A stretch of DNA of 38,775 nt from Malacoraja senta (lineage: Eukaryota): NCBI GenBank assembly GCA_038087875.1, contig JAXLNO010000855.1:124001-162775 (forward strand), in the 5' to 3' direction. A program made the position numbers and the translations under genes. Numbering within the stretch: position 1 is the first letter of the stretch; each line of letters opens with the position of its first letter. The notes under the pieces are model-generated. The model was given only the letters and a program-made list of their open reading frames with translations, made no database searches and was not told the origin of the DNA. Below are positions 1-10,770 of the stretch, in pieces.

Positions 1-215
1 TGTGTCATCAGCGATGCAGCAGCAGGACTCATTGATGCTAAATGTATAAAACGTCCACAATTATTATTCGGTATGTGCTTAAAGGTATTATCTGTGAGCG
101 ACTACTTTCAGTTGTGCCAAGTAATGATGGTACAGGACAGGACTTTTTGATCTATTGATTGAAACATTACAGCATCTTAAAATTGACCCCCAAAAATGTT
201 TATCTGTATTATGTT

Positions 216-1665
216 TAACTATATTACAAAGTTAGAAACTAGTATTCCAAATCTATTAAATCTAATAACACAATTTGGTCAGTTCTCAGGATATAGGATT
301 AATTGGATAAAAGTGAAATTATGCAATAACAAAATTCAACTTAAATACAATACAACAATCCCCTTTTAAAATAGTTAAAGATAAACTTAAATATTTAGGA
401 ATCTATGTAACTAAGACATATACCTCTTTATTTAAACAAAATTTTCCATCCTTACTTAATAAATTACACAAACATATTCAGTACTGGAAAACACTTCCTA
501 TTTCAATGCTTGGTAGAATTAATGCTATAAAAATGATTTTCTTACCGCAACTACTATATTTATTTCAATTAATTCCGATATATATTCCAAAAAACGTTTT
601 CAAAAAGTCGACTCCATTGTTTCAAGCTTTATTTGGGATTATAAGAATCATAGAATAAGTAAAAAACATTTATGGAAGTCAAAGAGCAACGGAGGTTTGG
701 CCTTGCCAAATGTATTATTTTATTTTTGGGCAGTCCATATTAAAAACATGAATTTCTGGCTGGAAGAAATGGACCAACAACCAGAATGGTTAAGGATGGA
801 AAAGGAAGACTGTTTACCTTTTGAAATAGGTTCGATTATATTTGCTACCACAAAATTGCATAAAAAAACCTATAAGGAAAACCCTATAATACATAGTGGA
901 ATACGAATTTGGAAACAATTAAAAAAGGCTTTAAACTGAATAATATACCACTATGCCTTCCCATTGTAAATAATCCTCTATTCAAGCCATCCATATTGGA
1001 TAGAGGTTTTATACAATGGAAAAATCAGGGAATTAAAAGATTGGACATCTTTATAGGGAAGGCATCTTTCTGTCATTTCAAGAGTTACAACAGAATCATG
1101 GACTACACTCAAATAACTTTTTCAGATATTTACAAATTAGAGATTATGTTAAATCCAATACACAAGTTTATAGGACTAGGGAACCAGAAATTCTTGATGA
1201 ATGTTTGAATACGCATCCTAACACTGAAAAATTATAGCTTATATTTATAACATTCTCCTAAATAATGAGGAACCACCGATGGAACTATATATACATAAAT
1301 GGGAAAATGAGTTAGGTTATCCTATTACGAAAGATATTTGGGACGAAAGTTTACAACATATACATCAAATGTTCGTTAAATGCCAGACATGCTTTAATAC
1401 AATTTAAAGTCTTACACAGATTACATTATTCCAAAATAAAACTAAATAGAATTTTCCCACATATTTCTCCTATATGTGATAAATGCCTGCACCTAGAGGC
1501 CAATTTAACACATACCTTTGCAAATTGTATAAAAATTAAAAATTACTGGACTGATATTTTTCAAATATCTCTGAAGTTGTTAATACCAAATTGGCTCCAG
1601 ACTCAAAATTAATAATACTTGGGATATCAGAACAAAGTTTAACACTCACAACTAACTATGCATGT
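216..1665 (+). mobile_element. Degenerate L1-clade LINE ORF2 fragment (RT C-terminus to CCHC zinc knuckle)
   Basis: Manual translation gives TSIPNLLNLITQFGQFSGYRIN and LPISMLGRINAIKMIF..QLLYLFQLIPIYIPK (typical L1 RT/thumb), plus C-x2-C-x8-H-x4-C (CDKCLHLEANLTHTFANC) at 1475-1528; several frameshifts; ORFs 697..939 and 909..1208 are pieces of it. Confidence 0.9.
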
Positions 1666-1720
1666 CACATCATGAATATAACTGAAGAAGGGTCTTGACC
1701 CGAAATATAATCTATACCTT

Positions 1721-1965
1721 TTCTCCAGAGATGCTGCCTGACCCAGTGATTTGCTCCAGCACTCTGTGAAATGTCACTTATCCATGTTCTCCGCAGATGC
1801 TGCCTGACTCACTGAGTTACTCCAGCGCTCTGTGACATGTCACCTATCCATGTTCTCCAGAGATGCTGCCTGACCCACTGAGTTACTCCAGCACTCTGTG
1901 ACATGTCACCTATCCATGTTCTCCACAGTTGCTGCCTGACCCGCTGAGTTACTCCAGCACTTTGT
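1721..1965 (+). repeat. 66-bp tandem array (~3.7 copies) derived from the Penelope-type 3' terminal repeat
   Basis: Units start at 1721, 1787, 1853, 1919 (TTCTCCAGAGATGCTGCCTGACCCACTGAGTTACTCCAGCACTCTGTGACATGTCACCTATCCATG); no unique spacers. Confidence 0.92.
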
Positions 1966-2114
1966 GTCTATTTTCCCTTCAGCCATGTGCCCAAGCCCAC
2001 TCTCCCCTCTCCTTTCCTATGTTCCTTTCCACCCATAAACCTATCTCTACCTTTACATTTCACTCCTCTTTCAAATCTGCTCTACTTATCTACATGCATT
2101 TTTCTTCTTAACTT

Positions 2115-2370
2115 TTTAGTCATAGAATGATGCAGTGTGGAAACAGGCCCTTCAGCCCAACTTGCCCACACCGACCAACATGTCCCATCTAAACTAGTCC
2201 CACTCACACGCGTCTGGCCCATATCCATGTAAACCTCTCCTATCCATGTACGTGTCCAAATGTCTCTTAAACATTAGGATAGTCCCAGCCTTAACTACCT
2301 CCTCTGGCAGCTTGTTCCATATACCCACCACCCTTTGTGTGAAAAAGCTACCTCTCAGATTCCTGTTAAT
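2115..2370 (-). mobile_element. CR1/HER1 LINE 3' end
   Basis: Minus-strand ORF 2194..2463 reads RNLRGSFFTQRVVGIWNKLPEEVVKAGTI..FKRHLD, the CR1 ORF2 C-terminus, followed by the tail shared with HE1 SINEs. Confidence 0.85.
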
Positions 2371-2493
2371 TTCTGAATATTGGTCATGAATTTGATGCAA
2401 AAATGCTCCAAAATAAGGCTCAGAATGCATCAGAGAGCATCTAAAACCCCTGGACCCTGGCATCGAGGGACTTCACACTTCACGCTCGTGATG

Positions 2494-2560
2494 TGCACAG
2501 CGCGCACATTATTTCACATTACAATCATGCACAGCGCGCACATTATTTCACATTACAATC
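2494..2560. repeat. 34-nt direct tandem duplication inside an unclassified, possibly DNA-transposon-derived segment (~2370-2615)
   Basis: TGCACAGCGCGCACATTATTTCACATTACAATC occurs at 2494 and again at 2528. Confidence 0.8.
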
Positions 2561-2729
2561 TTTTTGTGATCCTGTCATGCCACCCCCCTTTTTGAAAAGC
2601 TTCGTACGGGACTGAGTTAGGAAGGCATGTTGGTGCTTTACAGGTCATCAGCCACTGTGTAGCACTGGGAGATGGTACTGATGAGTACAGTTTAGTCCTG
2701 GCACAGCAGTGTGTACTGATAGGGACAGA

Positions 2730-3430
2730 TCTATCACTGCATAACAGAGAATGCTGGAGAAACTCAAGAGGTCAGGCAGCATCTGTGGAGGGAATGGACA
2801 GACAACATTTTTAGTTGGGACTATTCTTCACACTGATTGTAGTATGGGGGAAGAAAAGCTGGAAAGAAAGCTGCCGTCCAAAAACGAAACTTGAATAAGC
2901 CCTTGATATAAGCCTGGCCGATTGTTTCACTGAACACCTTCACTCATTCCGCCTGGAACTACCTGATCTCCCGGTTCCCAAACACTTTACTTCCCCTTCC
3001 CATTCCCACACTGACCTTTCAGTCCTGGGCCTCCTCTTTTGTCAGAGTGAGGCCAAACGCAAATTAGAGGAACAGCATCTCATATTTCACTTGGGCAGCT
3101 TACAACCAGTGGTATGAATATTGAGTTCTCTGACTTCGTAATCCCTGCATTCCCTCTCTCTCCATCCCTCCCCCACCCAAGTCGTACCAGCTTCGAAGTC
3201 CCTTCTCACCTAACAAACAGCTAACAATGGCCTGTTTTCTTTATCATCATTACTTTTGTGCAAATCTTTCATTGATTTGATCTATAGCTCTCTACATCAC
3301 CGTCTATATCTCCCTTCCCTTTCCGCAGTCTGAAGAAGGGTCTCAAACCGAAATGTCACCTTTTCTCCAGAGATGCTATCTGACCAGGTGAGTTACTCCA
3401 GCTTTTTGTGTCTATCTTCAGTGTAAGCTA
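2730..3430 (+). mobile_element. Penelope-like element fragment: GIY-YIG endonuclease C-terminus and 3' tail, preceded by an inverted copy of the tail
   Basis: 2930-3140 encodes a degenerate F.EHLHS..LELPDLPV.KHF.SPSHSHTDLSVLGLL.CQSEAKRKLEEQHLIF.LGSLQP.GMNIEFSDF; tail CTGAAGAAGGGTCTC..GAAATGTCACC at 3330-3360; inverted tail at ~2740-2835. Confidence 0.85.
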
Positions 3431-4172
3431 TAGCTTGCAAAAGGGTGGTTAATAAATATTATGTGAATGCTGCAGTGGGATTAAACAATGTCGACAATTG
3501 ATGCGTAACTGACAGGAAGCAAAACTTTTTGTAAAATATCTCCTTTGTTCTGGAGGTGCATAACAATGTTGTCACTGCCCCTGTAGCATCTGGTGCCCTC
3601 TTGTGGTCAAAGTTACAGTAATCTGGCGGTTGCTGTCCACAGATATTTTATTACAAATTTGGAACAACAAAATTGATGCTGAGTCTCATCCCGGAATGTC
3701 AATAATTTCCTCGCTCCCCACAGATGCTGCTCGACCGCTGAGTTCCCCTAGGCTCCAGCAGTTTGTTTGTTGCTCCAGATTATGAGAGGCGTAGACAGTC
3801 AGAACCATTCACCAGTTTGGAAATGCTCAACTTTAGAGGCCAGAGCTAGAAAGTGAAAAGGGGAAGGTTTAATGGAGAAGTAGAGGGCATGTTTCTTTAT
3901 ACAGTGGGCGGGCGGGGGGGGTGGAACGCACTGTATGGGTGGTGGTAGTGCAGATATGATAGTAGGATTTAAGAGACTTTCAGATAGGCACATGGAAGTG
4001 CGGGGAATAATAATGAATTTTATTTATGGGCGCCTTATACCGAGGTCTCAAGGACACCTTACAGAGATTTATGGTTAACATATAATCAGAATTAAAAAAA
4101 TAAGTTATAAAGGCCAATACACAAATCAGGGACAGAATTCCTTCCAAAAACACAAAAAAGAAAATCAGACCA

Positions 4173-4484
4173 TTTTGTTTAGTTTTAGAGATACAGCGCT
4201 GAAATAGTCCCTTCATCCTACTGAGTCCGCGCCGACCAGCGATCCCCATAAACCAGCACCATCCGACACAGGTGAGACAATTTACCATTGTTTTTACCGA
4301 AGGACAATAACTTACAAACCTGTATGTCTTTGGAGTGTGGGAGGAAATCAGAGCTCCCGGAGAAATCCCATGTGATCACGGGGAGAACGTACAAACACCT
4401 TACTGACAGCACCCGTTGTCAGGATCGAACCCGGGTCTCTGGCGCTGTAAGACAGCAGCTCCACCGCTGCGCCATTGTGCCACC
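4173..4484 (-). mobile_element. HE1-type V-SINE (tRNA head, CR1-derived tail), full length
   Basis: Reverse complement has a tRNA-like head (GGTGGCACAATGGCGCAGCGGTGGAGCTGCTG..CCCGGGTTCGATCC), V-domain and (CTAAA)n tail. Confidence 0.9.
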
Positions 4485-4569
4485 CCTAAATATGTTCACT
4501 ATTCTATTGCAGAATCTCCAATCTCTCCCTCAATGTCAGCAAGGTGAATTTGAAGGAGCTAGTTATCGA

Positions 4570-5160
4570 CTGCTGGAAGGAAGATGGTGTACAAGCCATA
4601 AGCTTCTGGGATGCACCGCAGCGGCAGAAGCAAATGACCACGGATCGCCCCACGGAACCCAACACGAATCGACCAGGCGGCCGCCGAGAACGAACATGGA
4701 CTCGGCCGGTCGCCTGCAGCCATATGTGGCGGCAGGTTTGGTTCGCCGGTGTGAAGAGCAACCCGGTGGAAGCTGCTGAGCTTGGCCCCGAAACCCGGAG
4801 AGTCGTGGAGGAGGGAGCCGCTGCCGCCGACGGACGCAAGGAATGGGCCGCTAAGAGAGGGACTGAGGTATTACCTCCAGGAGAGGAGTTGCCTCCAGGG
4901 ACACAGAGCCAGTTGGGCGAGGAGAGGGACGTCTGTTGGCTGGCCGAGCTGGTCGAGGGTGACGGAGGAGGCCCCCCTGGCAATAGCCTGGGGTTTAACT
5001 GAGCTTACGTGGATCGGGGGCGCTCCAGTAAATCCAACATACGGACCAGACATTGGACTTTTTCTTTTTCTTTTGTAAATACTGCCAAATTACGGCGACG
5101 GGAGCAAGAATTTCACTGTGCAGTGCATAAGTGACAATAAAGAATCATTGAAACATTGAA
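4570..5160 (+). mobile_element. GC-rich non-autonomous retroelement with a conserved 3' end
   Basis: GC/CpG-rich body ending CAAGAATTTCACTGTG..GTGACAATAAAG plus (CATTGAA)n; same 3' end at ~32300-32350 (+) and ~23885-23940 (-). Confidence 0.6.
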
Positions 5161-5289
5161 GTCAGAATCAATACTGTAGAAGTGCGAGTGCTGAAGTGGG
5201 AATGGTGAAGAACTTCAAATTCCTCGGCATGAACAACCTGTTGCATTTTAGTCACTGGGGCAGAACTTTTAAAAGAATGGACGTTTAAC

Positions 5290-5770
5290 AATCCATCTGC
5301 AGCAATATAGAAACAGAGAAAGCAGGTGCAGGAGTAGAAAATTATGGCCTTCAAGCCAGCACCGTCATTCAATATGATCATGGCTGAGCATCCAGAATCA
5401 ATACCCTGTTCCTGCTTTCTCCCCATATCCCTTGATTCTGTAGCCCTAAGATCTAACTCTCTCTTGAAGACATCGAGTGAATTGGCCTCCACTGCCTTCT
5501 GTGGCAGAGAATTCCACAGATTCACAACTATCTGGGTGAAAGCGTTTTTCTTCATCTCATTCCTAAATGGCCTACCCTTTACTCGTAAACTGTGACTCCT
5601 GGTTCTGGACTCCCCCCAATATCGGGAACATTTTTCCTGCATCTAACTGTCCAATCCCTTAAGAATTTTATATGCGTCTATAAGATCCCATCTCATCCTA
5701 AATTCCAGTGAATATAAGCCCAGTCAGTCCATTCTTTCATCATATGTTAGTCCCGCCATACCGGGAAAAG
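5290..5770 (-). mobile_element. CR1 LINE 3' fragment
   Basis: ORF 5145..5642 begins ..GESRTRSHSLRVKGRPFRNEMKKNAFTQIVVNLWNSLPQKAVEA, the CR1 ORF2 C-terminus. Confidence 0.85.
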
Positions 5771-5899
5771 AAATATTTTACTTTTTTATTGAACAATATC
5801 CTTGATTTTTTTGCTTTAAAAAAAAACATTCTGTTCCAGTCCCACCACAGAGATTTTTTGCTATATAATTCTTTGGCTCCTTTCCGCCTTCAATCAATT

Positions 5900-6560
5900 G
5901 AAAGCCAGAGTGGTAAAGACACTATTCATAGCATTGAGTATAAGAGTCAGGAAGTCATATGCTGCTTTATGGAACTTCAAAGATAGACACAAAATGCTGG
6001 AGTAACTCAGTGGGACAGGCAGCATCTCTGGATAGAAGGAATGGCTGACATTTCTGGTTGAGTCCCTTCAGGCTGAAGAGGAAAGGGAGACATGGAGATA
6101 AGGAAGTGTAAGGTATGAAAGAATGACATCAAATGAGATGTAGTTCAAGGAAAATGTAGAATAGATCATTATTAGCCAGGAGTAGGTGTGAACGAAGCAT
6201 ACATAGATAATTTTTAATCAGGGGGACAGTCAGACTGGTCGGAGAATAGAACTTCAGATAGGCCACTTTTAGAATATTATCGGCATTTCTGGTTGCCCCA
6301 ATGCAGGATGAATTTGGAAGCATGGAATTTGTGCAGAGGTGGTTTGCCAGAATGATGCACAGATTAGATATTAGCTGGAAGGAGAGGTTGGACAGACTTA
6401 GATTGTAATCGCTAGAATGCTGGAGGTTGATAAAAGTATATAAAACTATGAGAGGCATAGATGGGATAGAGAGTCAGAATCTTTTCCACAGGGTGTAAAT
6501 ATAAAGTAATGGAGAGCATAGTTTTCAGGTGAGTGGGACATGGTGTAAAGGGCCATGTAT
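5900..6560 (+). mobile_element. CR1 LINE fragment interrupted by an inverted Penelope tail (~5975-6220)
   Basis: Degenerate HSIEYKSQEV / FWLPQCR.D..ALE.VQRWFARMM CR1 motifs on both sides; GCTGGAGTAACTCAGTGGGACAGGCAGCATCTCTGG at ~5995-6030. Confidence 0.7.
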
Positions 6561-6932
6561 TAACAGAAGGCTCAATGAGAGATTTCTGCACTGATGTTGA
6601 GACTGAGCTGCACATTTACACCTAGACACAACTTTAAACTGAGCTCATGTCTCTCCTCCCAGCTGAAAAAAAAGACGCATGGTATTACCTCAAATAAGGG
6701 CTGGGAAATTATTACACATGCATTGTCCAATTTTTATTACTTAAGCAATAACAGTAAAGTGGACTAAAGACAGACACAAAAATGTTAGATAGAGCTCTAG
6801 AGGCTGGTGGAATCAAGGGATATGGGGAGAAGGCAGGTATTGATTGGGGACGATCAGCCATGATCACCATGAATGGCAGTGCTGGCTCGAAGGGCCGAAG
6901 GGCCTCCTCATGCACTTATTTTCTATGCTTAT

Positions 6933-7125
6933 AAAAAGATGGAGTAACTCAGCAGGTCAGGCAGCACTTCTGGGAAAAAGGAAAAGGTGACGATTTGTGT
7001 TGAGACCCTTCCCGAAATGTCACCTATTCCTTTCCCCCAGAAATGCTGCCTGACCCGCTGAGTTACTCCAGCTTTTTGCATCTGCCTACAGTAAAACAAG
7101 CATCTGCAGTTCCTTCCTACACAGT
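6933..7125. mobile_element. Foldback (inverted pair) of Penelope 3' tails
   Basis: GGAGTAACTCAGCAGGTCAGGCAGCACTTCTGG (6941-6973) is the near reverse complement of CCAGAAATGCTGCCTGACCCGCTGAGTTACTCC (7037-7069). Confidence 0.85.
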
Positions 7126-7314
7126 AAAGTAGACTATCTGGTTTATCTAACACTGCAGTTTGTGGAATTGACTGCATTCTGAATTGTAAAATCATTATAC
7201 TTTGAGAAACATCTATTCGGCTGTAAGATGCTATGTGAAATATGATTTTGTAATTGTTGTCCTTAAAACACCAATATAATCCCTACCATAAAACCCAATC
7301 CGTAAACTGTATTC

Positions 7315-7392
7315 ACTGGTAATTAGTGACGAGAACAAGTGGTCTCATTCCCATTGGATCTGGTTATCAGGTTTGTGTATACATGGACCAAT
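7315..7392 (+). promoter_or_regulatory. MHC class I SXY-type promoter module (partial X1, X2, Y box) plus downstream CCAAT
   Basis: RFX half-site-like GGTAAT (7318-7323), X2-like TGACGAG (7327-7333), 19-nt spacer ending CTCATTCCC, Y box ATTGG (7353-7357), CCAAT (7388-7392); lies 100-180 nt upstream of the candidate leader ATG; order and spacing resemble HLA class I promoters. Confidence 0.65.
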
Positions 7393-7495
7393 AATTACCT
7401 TCACACCAGAGTTCTGTTAAAAACGTACAAGAGATTATGTTACTGTTGCTGCATTTACTCTGCTGGTTAAATAGTGCTGTGGGCGGCTGTTAAAC

Positions 7496-7547
7496 ATGCT
7501 TATTTATACCTTACTGAACAATTACGGTGTGGCCACTGTCTCCTCTG
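7496..7547 (+). CDS. Candidate leader exon of the MHC class I-like gene (MLIYTLLNNYGVATVSS)
   Basis: ATG with A at -3, 52 nt open frame, near-consensus donor CTG|GTAAGC in phase 1, joining alpha1 to give mature N-terminus DLHHL; directly downstream of the X2/Y module. Hydrophobic core is modest. Confidence 0.6.
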
Positions 7548-7846
7548 GTAAGCAATACTGCTTCAACCTGTGAACTTTGAGGAAACAACAAAACTGATTA
7601 TATTTACTGTTGCACAGTGCCTGTGTTTGCCCTGGGTTCATTGTCTTGGATGTATTAATTGAATGATTGAATTGAATGTATTAATAATTTTGGGTAACGG
7701 TCTTTCCTTAGTTGTAAAGGCTCCTGTGGGAAGTTATATATACTATGGTTACCTTGGCAATCCATTGAACAGAAGAACTGAATACATGTAAATAATGAAC
7801 ATAGAACATAGTACAATACAGCACAGGAGCAGGTCCTTCAGTCCTT

Positions 7847-7885
7847 CAGTCTGAAGAAGGGTCTCGACCCGAAACGTCACCCGTT
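7847..7885 (+). ncRNA. Minimal type I hammerhead ribozyme motif in a Penelope-derived tail (best-preserved copy)
   Basis: CTGAAGA (7851-7857), A, stem II GGGTC-TC-GACCC (7859-7870), GAAA (7871-7874), C-GTC cleavage triplet (7876-7878); stem I only ~2 bp (GT/AC). Activity not shown. Confidence 0.6.
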
Positions 7886-7929
7886 CCTTTTCTCCAGAGA
7901 TGCTGCCTGACCCGCTGTTACCTCAGCAT

Positions 7930-8345
7930 TTTGTCTACCTTCGGCCCACAATGTCTGTGCCGAACAAACTAAACTAATCTCCTCTACCTGTATGTGATCT
8001 GTATCCGGCCATTCCCTGCCTATCTATGTACCTATCTAAAAGCCTCTGAAATGTAACTGTTATATCTGCCACCATCACCACAACCACCACTGGCAGCGCG
8101 TTACAGATGTCCACCACCCTCCACATAAAACAACTTGCTCCGCTCATCTCCTTTGAACATTGCTTCTCCAACCTTAAAGTGATGTTCTCTGGTCTTCAAC
8201 ATTTCCACCCTGGGAAAAAGGTTCTGGCTGTCCACTCTGTCTGTGCCTCTCACCATGTTGTGCACTTCCATCAGGTCTCCCTTCAACCTCCAGTATACAA
8301 GAGAAAACAATCCATGTTTGTCCAATCTGTCCTTGCACTAATGCC
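7930..8345 (-). mobile_element. CR1/HER1 LINE 3' fragment
   Basis: ORFs 8101..8325 and 7974..8171 read DKHGLFSL..WRLKGDLMEVHNMVRGTDRVDSQNLFPRVE and RVVDICNALP. Confidence 0.85.
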
Positions 8346-8579
8346 TCAGACAGAATTCAGGTGATGTGCACTTTCAATAAAGAAGTGACTTCTGCATTAG
8401 TAGGTGTTCCACCTCTCCAAGATTTCCTCAGCTGGTGTTAGACACCCACATGATGGTAAAATTCAGCCTGCATTAAATGAACAATCAATGTTGTGTTAAT
8501 GTTGTTGCCATCTTGTTGTTTGTTGCATGCTTCCTGTCCTGCAGACCCTATCCATTACCCCATCACCACTTCCCCAGAA

Positions 8580-8880
8580 GACGATAATGAGATTTAAGAA
8601 GCTTGAGGATAGGCACGTGGATATGCAGGGAATTGAGGGATATGAATCATCTACAAGCATGAAGAGTTTAGTTGAACTTGACATCATGTTCGGCACAGAC
8701 ATTGTGGCCGAACTCCAGCCCATTACACCCTTAATGAACAAAAATCTATCAATCTCAATCTGGAAATTTTCAAGTGGGCAACATATTCAACAGATTACAG
8801 AATCGAGAACCAGAGGACATAGGTTTACATTGAGGGGGGAAAGATTGAATGGGAATCTGATGAGCAATTTCTTCCCACAC
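8580..8880 (+). mobile_element. CR1 LINE 3' fragments (rearranged)
   Basis: FKKLEDRHVDMQGIEGY and ESRTRGHRFTLRGERLNGNLMSNFF motifs in ORF 8527..8946. Confidence 0.7.
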
Positions 8881-8984
8881 AATGGTAGCTTTCTAACTAT
8901 TCTGACATTCATCAAGGCTTGGAGATTACAAACCTACTCGTCCTGAAAGTTTCATCCCATTGTTATCAAATGAAAGTAAATATA

Positions 8985-9925
8985 ATGGTGTTAAAGAAGG
9001 AACTGCAGATGCTGGAAAATCGAAGGTACACAAAAATGCTGGAGAAAGTCAGCGGGTGCAGCAGCATCTATGGAGCGAAGGAAATAGGCAACGTTTCGGG
9101 CCGAAACCATATAATGGTGATGGCCATGTTGAAATAATAACATATAAAACAAAAATCCTCGGCTGTGGAGTGTTTTGGGAAGCCACATGGATTTTATCGT
9201 TACTGTATTCCACTCTTAGCCGTCTTATGTTTCTCCTGGTAACACTGAAACAGACACTTCTAACTCTGCCCTCGGGGCCCCTTCTCACTTCACTTAAACA
9301 CATGAACTTTGACACTGTCTGGTGTGCTGCATGTAATCTTTATCACAGAACAAATACTGCTTATGCATGTGGAAACAAGAAACTGCACATGCTGGTTAAT
9401 ACACATAAAATACTGGAGTAATTCAGCAGGTCAGGCAGTATGTCTGGAGAACATGGTTAGGTGATGTTTCAGTTGACACAAGTGTAGGAAAGAAGTGCAG
9501 ATGTGTAAGAAGGAACTGCAGAAGCTGATTTAAACCGAAGATAGACAATAAAGCTGGAGTAACTCAGCGGCACAGGCAGCATCCCTAGAGAGAAGGTATG
9601 GGTGACGTTTCGGGTCGAGACCCTTCTTCTGACTGCTGATGCAGATGCTGGTTTACACCGAAGATAGATACAAAAGGCTGGAGTAACTCAGCAAGTCAGG
9701 CAGCATCGCTGGAGAAAAGGAATAGGTGGAGTTTCAGGTCAAGACACTGCATCAGACAGAGTCGGGGGTGCATATATTTCATTGTACTTTGTCATATCTC
9801 TCGGTTCTCTGTCCCCTGACTCTCATTCTGAAGAAGGGTCTCGACACGAAACGTCACCTTTTCCTTTTCTCCGGAGATGCTGCCTGACCCACTGAGTTAC
9901 TCCAGTATTTTGTGTCGAGTTTCAA
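8985..9925. mobile_element. Cluster of Penelope 3' tail copies: several minus-strand copies (~8995-9110, 9405-9480, 9500-9635, 9640-9760) and one plus-strand copy (~9825-9920)
   Basis: Repeated GGAACTGCAGATGCTGG..GCTGGAGTAACTCAGC..GGCAGCATC..GGTGACGTTTCGGGTCGAGACCCTTCTT and its reverse complement. Confidence 0.85.
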
Positions 9926-10289
9926 TTTAGGCCCTGTTTATCTCAGTCTCCACCACCCCCCCCCCCCCCCCATCTCTATGAGCTGTGTTGCAGCTGCCTA
10001 TGAGGACCTGGACTCAATCCTGATCTCTTACAACCTGGCTTTTTTTTCCCCCTGCAAACGTGTGTTTGCTATGGTTATTCCAGTTTCCCCGCACGTCCCC
10101 AAAATGCCGGGCTGAAAGGTAAATTGGCCAGTGTGAATTGGTCATGCATATGTATTAGAATTGGTGGAGGGGATGAGGGAGGTGTTAATGGGAGATTGGC
10201 AAATATTAAAAGGGTTAGCGTACCACAGGTATAAATAGGTGTTTGATGGTCACCACGAACTTGGTGGGCTAAAGGGCCTTTTATGTGCT

Positions 10290-10770
10290 GTACCCAGTGG
10301 ACATAAGTTTAAGATGAGGGGGGAATGATTTAATAGGAACCTGAGGCATAGCATTGTTACACAAAGGGTGGTGGGTGTACTGAATGAACTGCCGGAGAAG
10401 GTAGTTCAGGCGCGTACTATCACGACATTTAAGAATCATTTAATCAGGTACATGGATAGGATAGGCTTATAAGGATATGGGCCTCAGTCAGCTGTAGAGC
10501 CCACATCAATGGATATTTCTCAGGTGGAGATTAACAGATTCTTGATCAGTATGGGTTTCAAGGGTTATGGGGTGCAGGCAGGAGAATGTGGTTGATAGGG
10601 AGAGATAGCTCAGCCATGATTGAATGGCCGATGGGCTGAATGGCCTAATTATTCTCCTAGAACTTATGTACTGATGAAATACAGGCAGTGTAGATGAGGC
10701 ATGTTGGTTGGTGTGGCAAGTTGAGCCATAGGCCCTGATTCCCTGCTGTATGACTCTTTGACTTTACCTC
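10290..10770 (+). mobile_element. Mosaic of CR1 3' ends
   Basis: GHKFKMRG..FNRNLR..TQRVVGVLNELPEKVV motifs followed by two different CR1 3' UTR types. Confidence 0.7.

Noticed and set aside
1721-1965. CRISPR-like regular repeats
   Set aside because: Units are contiguous with no unique spacers, derive from a Penelope tail, and the DNA is vertebrate with no cas genes.
3905-3925. G-rich run as a G-quadruplex (also poly-C tracts at ~9955, 16485, 17462, 18357)
   Set aside because: Homopolymer expansions inside repeats with nothing to indicate function.
4288-5078. Overlapping 98-163 aa ORFs on both strands (likewise 18101-18845, 19494-19783, 28402-29389, 31949-32343)
   Set aside because: They lie in GC-rich repeat bodies where stops are rare, show no recognisable domain and have no splice context.
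8505-8580. Strong acceptor (..CTTCCTGTCCTGCAG| at 8543) in intron 1
   Set aside because: Runs into a CR1 fragment after ~35 nt, with no convincing donor or class I-related coding.
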